In this document: positions 13,001 to 26,131 of the stretch, piece after piece
How the letters are laid out: every line of letters starts with the position of its first letter
Position numbering within the stretch: position 1 is the first letter of the stretch
Source: Catajapyx aquilonaris
Lineage: Eukaryota
DNA length: 64,000 bases
Assembly: GCA_000934665.2 (NCBI GenBank)
Contig: KZ538450.1
Coordinates: 1-64,000, forward strand
Direction: 5' to 3'
Program-made: the position numbers and the translations under genes
Notes under the pieces: model-generated
Databases searched by the model: none
What the model saw: only the letters and a program-made list of their open reading frames with translations
Told to the model about the DNA's origin: nothing

Positions 13001-15133
13001 GCTTCCACACCCGCTGCACTCATCCAGCTTGGCCCCCAGTGACATTCACCTGTTCAGATCCATGAAAAAAACTCCTTCGCTGATGCAATTTCGAGGACAT
13101 TGTTGACTCTAAGCAGCTGTCCGGGAGGGGGTGCGCCTAACCTTCAAAAAATTGTTCCTGGAGGCCATGGAGAGGTTTCACACCCATGACTCCTGTGTAT
13201 TCGGCTCCAGGAGGATTCTATCTATAATATGTGACTAGCTATCTGCCGACATGTACGGGCACTGTATTTGTGACAAAAAAATAAATTGTAAATAATTTTA
13301 GTACGGCCCTTGTATATTGTGTTGCATCACATTGGGCTGTCTATTTCCACCTTGCAGGGAAATAGGCACATGACAGCCAATCATCACCATACACTCTAGG
13401 CCAGTGGTTTCCAATGGGGGTGTTGCGAGGGGTTGTGAGCCTTGGTTCAACTTTTATTTTTGCAATTTCTGTGTCAATTGAACCATTTTTGCGGCCATAC
13501 AGAGTGCATGTTTTCTGGAAAGGGGGTAGTTGTAGGAGGGGTAGTTGTTGGGAGGGGGTAGTTGTTCCCCTCCTACAACTACCTCCTTTCCAGCCTACCT
13601 GGAGGAGGAGAGGAAGGGGGGGGGGGGNTCGCACATTTATGGAAACATATTTAGGGGGTCGCAGTTGGAAAAAGGTTGGAAACCACTGCTCTAGGCATAC
13701 CCATCTAGATCACAAGGACTATTTCCCCTCCAGGCAGTAATAGACAGGTCCAAAGTGACACTGCACTATTTTACAAGCTCTCACTACATATTGGTGGTAG
13801 AGTGGTCCCTGATATGAATGATACCCTACACTCAATATAAGCCTGAAAGGGCCTCCATGGTGCCAAGTCCATGAACACATGTACAGTATTTTAATGTCAT
13901 TTATTATCTAGGACTTCAGCCTTCATTGTTCTATTTGGTACAGTACTCAATTTTTCTACACTCCAACATACCATCAAATGGGGTGACATTGGCTGCCAGG
14001 GTGAACTTGGCCACAATTCCAAAAATGTCATTAATGAATATTTAAGGTAACACGTGTTATAAAAATGAGACTTTCAATCACATCATGCCATTATGACAGC
14101 GCTTACACCAAAAAATTCGCCTGTGCCGACATAGGTGAGCAAGGAAATAAATGTTAAAGTCCACCCCATGAAACCACCCAATTTTCATAGTGTACAGCCT
14201 TTATTTTGCAAATCGAGTAATTGCCAAGCAATATTGTCCATTTTTAAGAGATGAAGGTGACTTTCCCAGTGGTGGTAATATTTATTACAGCTTATGAATA
14301 TTGTTCCTTAAAAACACATTAAAAATTCCTAACAGAATTCGTTTCCTGCAGTGTATTTATAATGGGAAAATGAGATGGGAAAGTCCAGCCCCACCGGTTG
14401 GGGTGGACTTGGGCCATGACGTCATAAATTTTCCTACACACCATTGTGCACAGAAAAAATTTCTTTGTACTCGCCCTTTTGGCCAGCGTGGTCTAACACC
14501 TAATAAAAAATGTCACAGTTGTGGGTTAATATCTTCACACTTGTATGTTCATAAAACGAAAATTTTGGACCAAGTTCATCCCGTTTGACGGTAATAGAAC
14601 GTTACTATTGTCTAAAGAGATGTCAATCAAGTTTACAAACAAATTTATTTTAACTTAATTATTGCAATGTTTAGGACAGTAGCAGGTTGATCAATACTCT
14701 GGTGTAAACTTATTTACCGTAAGGTTCACGTAAAAGTGACACTTGCTGTCTAATCTACAGAAGTAGGGGGATATAAAATATATCGGGTTCAACTAATCCT
14801 TCGCCCCTGCATATTATTGTAGGAGGTCCAGAAAAATGTACCTGTGTAGCTAATGCTTGAGTTATTAATAATTTCTGATTCAGTACAGGCAGTTATCAAA
14901 AATATAAGCCATTATCAGGTTGAATTGATGTATCCTTTTAAACCACTATCCTGCAAAGAATGTGTTTGACCCTTGACCTTGGATACCAACAGGATCCAGG
15001 TGAGTTATTTGCAGTCCCTTATAAGCTCACTGTCAGATATTCGAAGCTTCAAGAGATACATCCATTCCAAATTAAAACAAACTGTACATCTGAAACACCA
15101 TGTATGTGGCATGCAACATCAATGTGCAGAGAC

Positions 15134-15204
<71 letters not shown>

Positions 15205-18200
15205 CAGTGATTTGCAATTAATTTTTTCTGTCATCCAAAATTTTTTGGAGTGCCATTAATTTATAAATTTATAAACTAATCAAAATGTTGAAGCTGCATG
15301 AGTATGGGTCATCTATACCTCAAGTCAGCAATATTTTTTTCCATAGTGAGATCATGCAAGCTATAAAATCTCTTCCAGTGCCAAAATTGCTTTTAGCTAG
15401 AATTACATGGCTATCTTTTATGGTACGTTTTGCAATATTACATCACCTGTAATTGCCCCATGTTTGATGTTGTCCAGTTTTACTATGTAGGTAATTTTCT
15501 ATTGTTGAACAACTATACCGAATGCCACACCCAATTCATTATTTTCCTGGTCAAAGAAATGGTGAAGCAAGGAAGGCCTTACTTGTTATTGTAAGTCATT
15601 AGGTAGTTTAAAGAGTGGAACCAGAAGAAATCTCCTGCACATGCCTGTGTGCAACCTCATTGATACACCCTACTAAATGGTGCATGTACTGCAGGTCTAC
15701 AGCCTCTACATGATGTTCCTGTGATTTAAAAAACTGATTTTGCTTCCCTCAGGTGTCTACTAAAAAAATACCATTAATCTGACTTGACACATGTGTGTCT
15801 TAGGCCTACATACAGTGTCATGTATCATACGAAAAGTTTTATGTCCATAATCATAGCTGATCAATTAATATAATGCCATTCAGATTTAAATATAAATGAG
15901 GGAGTTGACCCCACATGGACATGTTTATGACATTACAGGATGAGATCTGAGGCTTTGGATGGCTCTACTGCTGACCTAAGAGAAAAAGGCTTTGATAAAT
16001 AATAGAAGGGCTACCTTGTCAGGGCCTTTTTCTCTCTGGTCAAGCCACATACTCTGGTTGCTGTCAGAGTGATAACGGAATCAGCAGAAATTAACTCCCC
16101 AAATATTTGTGCCCAATATTCATAAAGAATGTCACTCTTGATTGCACACGGGCAGCTGTCAACTCTTGGTCAAGTAAATTGCAACCTTAGATGCATATCA
16201 TGGGACTTACTCTTTCCACCATCACTAATAGGATCACTATCAGTTGCTCATTATGTGCCTGGCACTGTTCAAGCCCCATTTTAATGGTTGGTGTCACACT
16301 TTCTAGTCAATACCGGCACCACTTTTGCTTTGATGGCAATCATTTGGTTGGTGGGTGTGAGAGAGCCATTTGAAGGCTCATGATTATCTATACTTATTTG
16401 CAACTGAATGCACATATGCTGAATAGCCAAATAGCTCACCTCCTTTGAATCACCCTTGTATCATCAGTCCAAAAAAAATTGTCCCTCGTGTCGAGCAGGC
16501 AGCCACGCGTCAGGATGAAAGGAACCAGTTAACTGGTTGCTTTCATCCTGACGCGTGGCTGCCCGCTCGACGCGAGGGACAATTCTTTTTGAACTGTTGA
16601 TACTTCAAAGACAGATACAGTGCAAATGAATAAATTATCAGTTATCACACATATAGAGGCCGGCACTCTAACATGGCAGAGGGGTGTTGACTGCCAACCT
16701 CTTGCCCCCCCCCCCNNNNNNNNNNNNCACTGCCACGACTCCCCCCTCACCTGTCACGACAATCACAACCTGTCACAACAGAGCCCAGCTTCATATCCTT
16801 TGATTTCAACCCCCTAAAGCCCTACTGTGTTAACAATTAAACTTTCAAATATTCCTCACGTGACGTGCAATTGTTTTTCTTGGACTAAACATCTTAAAGT
16901 AAACCTTGAATGGCAATAGAATACACATTCTATGTACACATGTGTTGACACAATTTAGGGCCTATCAGCAAAGTTAGACAGCCGTCGCCTACACTTCACG
17001 TCAGCTTTACTTACATCAAAACCCCTATAAAACCTACATCCTGTAAACTCATAATGTGACTGATGCATTAATGAAGAATACAGGTGTAAAGAATATTACA
17101 GTGCTACATAATATCGTAATAACAGAAGTGCTCACTGACAATTTAAAAATGTAATTTAAAAAGTAGCCCTACTCACCTGTTTGTAAAGTACTCCTCCAGA
17201 TGGATGTTGCTGAAATCCTTTGGCTTCTTCCTTGAAGGGATGTGATTTTGGCCCCCATGATAGATCGTCATCCTCTGACAATGGATAAATAACATATATC
17301 ATTACAATGCTCCAACTTGTTGCAACAAGGCCCTCTGAAAAGCAATGCACTGAAATGTTCATTAGTCATGGTTGGATTTAAGTGTTCAATCAAGTATTTT
17401 ACAAAATTAGACTGAAGCAGTTTGGAGGAGGGAATATGGTGTCCAACTGCTAATCGGGAGGTCCTGGGATCAAATCCCGGGGCCGGCAACTCTGACCATG
17501 GTTTTCTGTGGTTTCCCACGGTCCTTCCAGGAAAATTCTGGAGTTGTTTCCGTAATAAATTAATAGGCCACAGCCACTTCCTTCCATCCCTATCCTATCC
17601 AAAAGAGCACAGTAAAATGAAAGCAATGAGTTCCAGTCAAAACAAACTTCCCCCCTAAAGAGCCGATGGCTGATAATGGGGTACGAATTATTATTTTACA
17701 AAATTAAGGACCTTAAACAAAAAATTTCCTTTTTGGGAGGAGTTTTAAATTCAAGAATTAATATGTTTATCTTCTGTCACAGACATCCTGCAGGACTACA
17801 GCATAAACAAATAGTATATTTAGTTGAAATCTCCTGAAAGCTGGATGATCCTTGTCCAAATGCATCATGAACTTGCATAAGGAAGTCAAAGAAACCTCCC
17901 CTCAGGCAGTGGAACAAGGTGATGACTTGGATTAGGCTCACATCTAGGAGGAGTGGGCAGGAGAGTTGAGGGCATACCATTCTTGCTACTCTTGCTACTC
18001 TCTGCATGAATACTGTATCATTGCCAATGCACAAGAACTTACAGTTAATGTTCCAATACTGGTAAAATAGTTAACTTGACTATTTTTAGTTATAGGGGAC
18101 CCAACATGTGATCATTTAGTTCTGAAAACATAGCTATCTATAAATTCAGTGCAGATGTGAGGATAAACAAGATGACCGTGACAAGTGCATTATTCACCTA

Positions 18201-20527
18201 GAAAATACCTCAAATACTTTCTTATTTCAAATGCGAGAGATATGTCAATAGCAATCATATGATTCTTTTTCACCTTCGCTACAATTCCCCCNCCCCCCCC
18301 CCCCCCAACCATTCCTACATTTAGAAAATTGCCACCTCTTTCATAAGCCACAAGTTGGCAAGCAATAGAAAACAACTGAAATGACCTCCCTCTGTAGGCT
18401 ATCTCATGCTAGATAAAATCAACACACATGCATACGTCTCTAAATGAGCCAAGCTGAACATATCTACATGTAGGAAGCTCTTGACAGTTACGAAAAATGT
18501 GTCCCTGAAAATCGTCACATCGACCAAAAACAATCTTTATCGTACAAAATCAAGGATTTCATAACGGCAGGTGAACACTTCACCATATCATCATGTTAAA
18601 CTCTCAACTTTCTACTTTAACTGAAACTGTAAGTTTTAGTTCCTAACAATAACAGTCATTACAAATGATAACAAATGACTTTTTAGAAACGTTAAAGCTG
18701 ATGTTGAATGCACGGCTGTAATATCTTGCTGGAGGTGGTAGTGAAGGAAAGATGTTACTGGTATGAGGTCATTCAGGTAAGATGACTTGTACTTGATGGG
18801 ATATAAAATTCACTAATAGGCAACTTTTAAACTTTCCACAAGGCTGAGGAAGTGAAGTGATATTTACATGATTTTACACTGATCAGTAGGAAAACAATCA
18901 TGCTTGAAAAGTTCTAATTTTTTTTGAACATTGACCTTAAAGGCTTTCTTACTGAAATAGTCTGCACCCTTGCTGAAAGCATGTAGCTAAAAGAGCCACG
19001 TCACACCAACTTCACCTTATGCAATTCAATTGCCAAGGAAATGTGCAGCCAACTGCAAGGGTCTCTGAGCTGCATTCAGCTACAGATTCATCCAGCTTAT
19101 TTCAATGTAGTGTGAAAACCTAGACACTTACACTACAACAACATTGCCTGACATATTTGCATTTCATTCACTGCTTATCACATTACTTCAAAATTTTGTC
19201 ACTGAAAATTTTGCAAGAAGTGATGGTGCAGTAGATTCTCAGATTAATCAGTCAGAGTTACCTGAAATTAATTTGTCAGACCTGAACAGGACTGAGAGGT
19301 GTTCAGATAAGCAAAATGTTGGGTAACACGGAAGCAGGTGGGTTGGGAGTGAAATGGCAAATATTTACAAGTATAAACCTACAATGTGATTAACATAATA
19401 CAGGACAGACCTAATGTTACAAGACCTGATGTCAGTCAAGTATACTCAACAATGGATTTTAACTTCAGTGCAACATTTACTATCTAGTATGGCATCTATG
19501 GCGGTATTTGTGAAGCACTGGCACTGACGAGTAAAGCAGCTTTATAAATTGACAAAATATTGTACACAGAATGTAAACAGAATTACATCAGATAATCAAG
19601 GTTGAATTATCAAGACCATACTATATTAAGATACAAAAAAACTGCATAACTTGAGTGTTACACAAAATTTTATGACCATGACCCACAGAAGAAAAAAGAT
19701 CCTGCAGTCCACTCTGGCCATGTGCTCCAAAATCATACTATCATTTTCTAGTAAAATTCAAAGAAATAATTCACACATTCAATCAGATTGTGGCCCACCT
19801 AAAAGACCCTAGTAAACTTTTAAAACTACTGCTGCAAAGCATGTAAATCAAATTCACATAAAGATGTGTAACAAGCCAAGAGAACCCATAGTGAAGCACC
19901 TTATTTACAAATAAGTCATCAGTAGGTCATATACTTAATTTGTGATTCCTTACACGAATGGAAAAATCAATGGTTAAACTTACCAGTGTTGTTTGGAGTT
20001 CGTCTTCGCCTTGAATTGGGATCACTGACAGTGTAAGGCTCTTCTACAGTGCCAGAACCAGGCCTCCTTCTTCGCAAACCGTATTTCCTTCCCTTTGAAC
20101 TATGTCCTTCGCGTCTACTGCCATTTCCACCATGTTCTCCAACTCCCAACTTGACTGTGTGATTATGCTTGTGTACATTCATGGTATCATGAGGATCCAT
20201 GAGAGTTCCATTGTTTTTATGGACTGACGCATCATGGTTCTCAAAGTTTAACTGTCCCAAACCCAAATTGGCCAAGAGATGCTCAAAACCTTCGAAGGTC
20301 ATGACCCCGCCATTACCGTACTTGTGGAACAGCTGGTGCAGAAAGTACCTGTGGTCCAGATGAACCTCGCGTGTCCAAGCACTATAATCAGTTGCAAGTT
20401 GTGGGTCATTTTCCAACCCTCTCTGATCATCTGTTTGCACTTTGGTGGTTATGACTGAGCAATGGGTGTGGACAGCACAAACCACACACAAGATGCACGC
20501 TGTTGCAACACGTGTTTCTGTCCACAT
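7054..20527 (-). CDS. slc39a10: LIV-1 subfamily ZIP zinc transporter (ZIP10/ZIP6/foi-like), 5' part; remaining TM exons not found in window
   Basis: Phase-consistent GT-AG exons: 20527-19984, 17274-17177, 11968-11936, 9045-8847, 8783-8614, 7418-7245, 7186-7054. Signal peptide; 'YFLHQLFHKYG..MTFEGFEHLLANLGLG'; His-rich ectodomain; CPALLY-type motif 'FVQLCSAIIYELDQKHC'; TM1-3 'VLVISLCGLLGVAVIP..FLVALAVGSLAGDALLHLLPH..VWKGLMALICLQFFFIAEK'. Probable UTR acceptor at 20742. Confidence 0.9.
7594..7690 (+). mobile_element. tRNA-derived SINE head
   Basis: A box GTGGCCGAGACGG and degenerate B box GGTTTGAACCC; no intact cloverleaf. Confidence 0.55.
8341..8454 (-). mobile_element. Partial pogo/Tigger-like MITE (family of 31201-31606)
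   Basis: Terminus GGATAATCGGGGTTCTACTG|TA and adjacent sequence match the 31201 element in reverse. Confidence 0.65.
9089..10039. mobile_element. TA-flanked non-autonomous DNA transposon
   Basis: Inverted ends AGATTGGGGTCGGTTGTAA / TTACAACCGACCCCGATCT; internal GGTTGTAACA repeats. Confidence 0.65.
11323..11691 (-). ncRNA. Candidate Pol III (type 3 promoter) structured non-coding RNA, family unassigned
   Basis: CpG-rich island. On the minus strand: PSE-like TCATCCGCGACTTTCCTAG (11749-11731), TATAAAA (11720-11714), G at +1 about 29 nt downstream, no internal T4, then T4/T5 runs at 11326-11323 and 11316-11312. 5' stem GCCAT-CACTC...GAGTG..ATGGC. Confidence 0.4.
12303..12587. mobile_element. 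piggyBac-like MITE
   Basis: TTAA|CCCTGGAACCGTGC...GCACGGTTCCAGGG|TTAA. Confidence 0.85.
12720..13312. mobile_element. mariner-type foldback MITE
   Basis: TA|CGAGGGCCGTACTAAAAT...ATTTTAGTACGGCCCTTG|TA; palindromic over most of its length. Confidence 0.85.
13402..13688. mobile_element. hAT (Charlie-like) MITE
   Basis: TIR CAGTGGTTTCCAA; perfect 8-bp TSD CTCTAGGC. Confidence 0.9.
13971..14591. mobile_element. pogo/Tc2-like MITE
   Basis: TA|CCATCAAATGGGGTGA...TCATCCCGTTTGACGG|TA. Confidence 0.65.
15134..15203. repeat. (AAT)n microsatellite
   Basis: About 23 perfect units. Confidence 0.95.
16458..16603. repeat. Loopless ~145 bp palindrome (probable MITE)
   Basis: Arms centred on CAGTTAACTG (~16530). 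Confidence 0.8.
17420..17590 (+). mobile_element. tRNA-derived SINE
   Basis: B-box-like GGGATCAAATCCC followed by GGTTTTCTGTGGTTTCCC...GGCCACAGCCACTTCCTTCC body. Confidence 0.6.
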
Positions 20528-21149
20528 CGGTGCTTCCTCTGCTCACTAGACCTCCGTCGTCACACTTTAATGTAGAATTTGTTGCTGTTGTTTCTCTGGT
20601 GTTTTACTTAGGTTCATGCAGTATGCCTACTTTTACACATTAAAATTTTTAAAATGTATATCACAAAAGATGGGCAGTGTTGTAAAATCACAGTCAAATT
20701 TATAAATGGAAAGAATAAATTGCTGATGTGTCGAGACGGAATCTGAAATAAAAGAACACAATTACTCCTTTATATCAATTGTAATGTCCATATCTCATAT
20801 TCAATAGAACCACTGCACTGGTGCAGACACATTATTGTAAAGGTTCTTTAAGCAGAAATAAAATTGGTGGTACATATAACCTACGTTGAGGTTCACTGTC
20901 TTATAGCAAAAATGTCTAACATATAATAATCATGCAAATCCATAATTTACTTAAGCTGTCCATTCTCTATCCTCCATTGATGCTTCCAACCTAAGGATGA
21001 AACATCCAAAGTTACATTCCAAAATCATACAAATTAAACATGATGTAGGGGATAAATAGTAGGTTCACATTCGCCTCCACTCTGCCAGGAAGTTGGCGGT
21101 GAGGACCAATATTCAGCGTTTGGTTTCCATTTGAAAAAAACAGCCTCCG

Positions 21150-21833
21150 AGGTGTACGACATGCTAAGATTATGAGTAGCAGACACTGGTCACCATGTTC
21201 GGCCACAAGACGTTGCAACTCTTTGCAAACCTCCACCCAGATCTGCCTCTCCTCTGGCATCAACAGCCTGGGGCCCCATCACATTGGGCACAAACACATA
21301 GCATGTGAAAATGGTTCAACGTTCAGTCAATGCAAAATCATGTTGACACTACCACGGGAGATACCACATCTTCTGGCAAAGTTATCGACTGTTCTGCGGC
21401 GATCTTCCTGGAAAATCACTTCACAGGTGGTTCTAAAGATCTCCTCGGATGTGAGTCTGCAAGCCTGTCTCTTTGAAAGCAGACTACCGACCCTCACTGA
21501 ATGATTTGTACCGTCGGAATGCTGCGGAACACTTCTTCATCATACCCCTCTCCTAGCGTGTTGGAAGACCTTCATCGCTGTTGTCTTCAAACTGAAGCAA
21601 AACCTCAATGCAGAATATTGGTCCTCACTTCTGACCTCCTGGCAGAGCAGAGGCGAATATCAACCTAGCTATACATCCGATGTCACAGTCGCCTGGGATT
21701 GTAGAATATTTGAATAAAAATTGGTGATTTAATACTTCAATCCATTCTGCACATGATGCCATTCACTGTAAGTCGTAAACGAATTCTCTTTATCACAAAA
21801 AAATCAGTCTCAATTTGTTTTGACTGCCCCTCA
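21150..21833 (-). mobile_element. Decayed mariner transposon (5' TIR plus disrupted transposase N-terminus)
   Basis: TIR TA|TGAGGGGCAGTCAAAACAAATTGAGACTGA; remnants 'EDRRRTVDNFARRCGISRGSV' and 'WGPRLLMPEERQIWVEVCKEL' (WVPRLL-like), with stops and frameshifts. Confidence 0.8.
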
Positions 21834-22277
21834 TACAATTGGAAAATGTAATTCACCGTGGCCGGACCATCTCCGACTCCATCGTTTCGAAGTGATGGCA
21901 GTTGGCCTTCTAAAACATTGGCCTCTAAAGTTGTCATCTGAGAGGCTGGCTCTCTTGGTCCTCAATACATCTGTTAGCAAACTTACATTCAGCGAAACTA
22001 AACTTAGAGGAAGCTAATTGGTCCACTAACAGTTTACATCGTTAGCGAAAATGCTAATCAGCTAACTGAAAAGTTAGTTCCGCTGTTAGCGGATTAGCGG
22101 AACCCCTGCCATCACTGACCCTACGTCACTATTGTTCCTAACAATGACCACACAATCCTACTGAAGTTGCTGTATGCTACATGAACATCCTTATTTTACA
22201 TATTTTAACTTTCATCACCTGCAATTGTGATGTTGATGCAACCACCATTGGACAGGTAATCAACACTTTTAGGTATA

Positions 22278-22395
22278 TAGTCTGGTGACCCCGGGTAGCT
22301 TGCCCCCTAGGGTAACTGGTTGTTTACAGCTATCCTTTTACATATGTTGCCATGGTGATTGCCCGCAGGCAAGCTTACCCGGGGTCACCAGACTA
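22278..22395. mobile_element. Small hairpin MITE
   Basis: TAGTCTGGTGACCCCGGGTA / TACCCGGGGTCACCAGACTA. Confidence 0.7.
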
Positions 22396-24559
22396 GGGGC
22401 CTTAATCTCACTTCCTTACACCTGCTTACGCAATGCGCTGCTTGCAATTACCCTTAAAAATTAATGTTGGAAGTATCTTGTTCAAAAGAAGGAAATAATG
22501 CAATACATGGATGCCCTACAAGTGTCTCTTCATTGTTTATAACCATACCTTGCGCGACTTGTGGGTGTATCGGCAAGTAATTGATATCCCCAAAAACATT
22601 CCCTACCACCTTAAACACTCCATACACTGCCTTTGCACTAGTTCTGTCAATCTCACACATGTGCCTTGCATGTGCTCCCATGTTCCAGCAGCATGGCCAT
22701 TACACAACTGAAGCTCCAATGTTCCAAATAAACAACCCATCTCTATTGCCTCTTTCGCGTTTCGCCCTCTGCTAAGTTCCATTACGTAAGCTACCTCGCA
22801 AAACTTATCCAATTACACTGGAGTCAACACCGACATACTGCCCATACAAGCATGTGGCTTTAACTCGCCGCCTACTTACTCCTTTGGAACTTACAAATAT
22901 CCCGCTACGTTTTCCTGAAGTTACGGGCCGTGTGCAACATGGGGGATGCAATATGGCGGACAGGTGGAGGGTGGGGGGGTTGTAGGGGGGTGAATGGGCA
23001 AAAGTCGCCTCACGCTCAAAAGTCACTGCTATTTTAGAATCACGCTCGCGGATAGCATAACGGACAGGAGCGGACAGGAGTTTATATGCTATGATGGATC
23101 AGGCAATAATCCTTAATTGACCTAGTGGTATTTACGTAATACACACTTTGTATTCTTATTTTTTACTGTTACCTTTCCGAAGAATGTAACTACGATTTAA
23201 AATTTCACACATGAAATCGCTACTTAACAAGTGGACAGTACGCACAGTAGCAGAGTGACAGTAGTGACCAGTAAATAATTTAGGTGCGCCACTAACTACA
23301 CTGAAGAATGCCTTCATCAATATTTAGGCCTAATATTATCCTGCTCCTTCTGCTATTTCTAAATCGGGCCTTCTAAATAGCTTTGTAATCATACGCTTTT
23401 TCACATCACGTTTGAGGTGATCACGACGATTTGAAAATCACGCTTTCAGCCTTCATTACTCAGGAGGTGTGACAGAAAACGTCACAACCTCGCCGTACTC
23501 CAACCTCCAGCACGCATTTTCAAATAACCATTTCTCAAAATTTTGTAAAGTCATGTTTTCAGAATTACAACAAAATAATAATAGAGCGTCACGGTAAAAT
23601 AATTTTGGAAGTAGTGGCTGGATATGTTATTCCCGGGTTATTCCAGAATTGTTAAAAATCTGATGGCAACATTGCTTCACATACTACAGGCACGGCGAAA
23701 TAGACTGAACTCCGTTATGGTTATACAGCTCGGTGCCTCGTACTTCGAACCAATGCAATGTCGATAAAATAATGCATCTTGCTTTGAACTTACTGCACTC
23801 CAAGCGAAACTCCAAGAGGTTGTTCAAACCCCGAATTGTTCGAAGTCCGAATCAATTTTCCCCATAAGAAATAATGGAAAGCAAATTAATTTGTTGCAGA
23901 CCCAAAACAATAATTCAATAAACTTAAACAGCAAATATACATAATTTAAGGTAAATATTACATGATTAAATGCCCTATATAATAAATTAAAACGTGAAAA
24001 CTATTTTAAAAACCTAAATACTGTACTAGCTCTGTAATAACTTGAAAATTGCAATAAATTATACTCTACGAGTGAAGAGTAGAGAGAAGACGCACTTGTG
24101 TGGATGGTGAAGACTGGAGAGGAAGACAAAGGGTGGAATTTTCGTCGTACTACTAGTTACTTCAAACTTAGCAGTACCAGCTAGTGTAGTGCAATGGTAC
24201 TGCTAAGTTACCACTACCTTCAACACACTCTTCAAGGTTCAAGTACTCCCCTTCCAAACAGTAATAACCATTAATGGTTACTGTTTGGAACTTCGAAGGG
24301 GAGTACTTGAACCTTGAAGAGTGTCTTGAAGGACTGTTCCAACCTATATGGGTGGATTGCAAAGACGTGGCCTGGTTAAGCCGTGATCTAACTGAGCCGC
24401 AGTTTAAACTCCGTCTTCGCCATCCACCCGCGCGTCTTACAGCCATGAACGCCCCGCTATTTATTTGCAAAGAAATACAATAAGATCAGACAGAAGCCAA
24501 TTGCAACGATCCACCAAGCTATAGTCTGCAACAACAGTTTATCCATCCACAAGATCACC

Positions 24560-25310
24560 AGTCTACAGCGCCTCAGCTCATCCATTGTCTGCGGCCAGTC
24601 GGAAGCGCTTCAGATATGCCAGGAAAGGACCATGTCCCGAGACCAGTCTGGCAATGTGTCCGTGAATGTGTCGCTGCAGGGTCATCACCGCAGGGAAGAA
24701 GGCATAATACCACTTCTCCACGCAGCCATCCCATCCCTCCTGCCAGTCAGCTATGGCGCCAGATATCATCCGACGACGAACCTGAGTAAAAGGCTCGGGC
24801 AGAAAGATAATGAGATAATGATGTAGCCTGCTTCACGTCATCGTCAACCAATTCATTTCCAGGTACACCCACATGAGCCTTGACCCACCCCAGATGAATA
24901 TCGTTCCCCCATTTCGCAAGAGAGTCCGCACTCAAGCCGCAGTTGGATCAGCAGTACGAGGGTTGACGATAGATAAGAAGGAGGACAAAGAGTCTGAAGA
25001 TCCAGATATCATTAGTACCATGATGTCCAGATCTTCGGCCATTCGTATGGCACAAGCCACCATTTCTGGCTCGACAGCATAAATGCCTGCCAAAGGAGTA
25101 ATAAGGGACTGCAACTTTCTTCATGATGGTCTCATCAGCTGCCAGACAAACGATGGCCCCCTTCGCACCCCCCGCCCCCAATTCAACCACTGAACCATCA
25201 GTAAAAAGCAACAGGTCAACTCCAGGTGACACTCCTGACCAGAGGTGTGTGGGATAATGGCACCATTCCCACGGAGGACCAAAGTCCCTAGGTTTGGAAA
25301 GGGAGTAACC
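24560..25310 (-). mobile_element. Decayed non-LTR retrotransposon RNase H and C-terminal region (R1/I-group-like)
   Basis: 'LLFTDGS', 'SDSLSS', 'WVKAHVGVPGNELVD', 'LVSGHGPFLAYLKRF' spread over several frames. Confidence 0.85.
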
Positions 25311-25316
25311 TCCCAT

Positions 25317-25534
25317 CAGCGGCGTAGCCAGGAAATTTGTAAGGGGGGGGGTCATGTGACGGTAGAACGAAGAGGCCCGCCGCAGGCGAAATATTTTTTG
25401 CTGTTCAAGCTCACATAAGCTACAATATTTGCGCATGTGCATTTTAACACCTTAAAATTGCGGATTGGAACTATATTTTTTGGGTCCAAGGGGGGGGGGG
25501 GGTTACAACCCCCCCCCCCCTGCCTACGCCACTG
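25317..25534. mobile_element. hAT MITE
   Basis: CAGCGGCGTAG...CTACGCCACTG; 8-bp TSD CCTCCCAT. Confidence 0.88.
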
Positions 25535-25821
25535 CCTCCCATTATTTATAGAGTACGTTATTTAACCAAACCCACCAAAAATAAAGCTATAAAAATTGTA
25601 CTTGAAAACACACTAGTGTAATGCAAGAGATGCTTTCACAATGAGAGTGAGACAACTTGGGCGGCTTACAAATGGTGTTTATGCAGTGAGAGCATTTTTC
25701 ATTGCATGTGTAGTTCAAACATCGTTCAAACTCCTGATCGAATTTCTTTCCAATTTTGCGTTTGAACTCTGACACTTTCTAAGTTAGGGGCGTTCGAAGT
25801 ACGAGGTTCTACCGTACAGTA

Positions 25822-25869
<48 letters not shown>

Positions 25870-26131
25870 GGATACCCCATGATAGGCCTCTTTGGGCCTC
25901 TTAGGGGGGATCATCTTTTGAATAACCATCTTTAATCATTGCCTTTGCTATAATGGATTTTGATTGCGGGAGGAAATGGGAGAACCCTGAGAAAACCCAC
26001 ACGAACATGGAGAGAACCCATCGAAACTCTATCCACATAAGTATCCTCCGTCCGACCTGGGGATCGAACTCGGGACCTTAGAGGTGGAAGGCTGCCCGGT
26101 GGCGCTATAACCACTCTGCCACCGTGTCACC
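25822..26131 (-). mobile_element. tRNA-derived SINE with V-domain-like core
   Basis: A/B boxes, core GTGTGGGTTTTCTCAGGGTTCTCCCATTTCCTCCC, trinucleotide tail; homologous to 31822 and 47420 copies. Confidence 0.85.

Larger units (their letters stand above)
23725..25814. mobile_element. pogo/Tigger-like element containing a LINE fragment, a palindrome (24217-24332) and a hAT MITE
   Basis: Inverted ends CCTCGTACTTCGAAC / GTTCGAAGTACGAGG, TA-flanked. Confidence 0.6.

Noticed and set aside
16716..16727. N run inside a poly-C tract
   Set aside because: Assembly gap, not biology.
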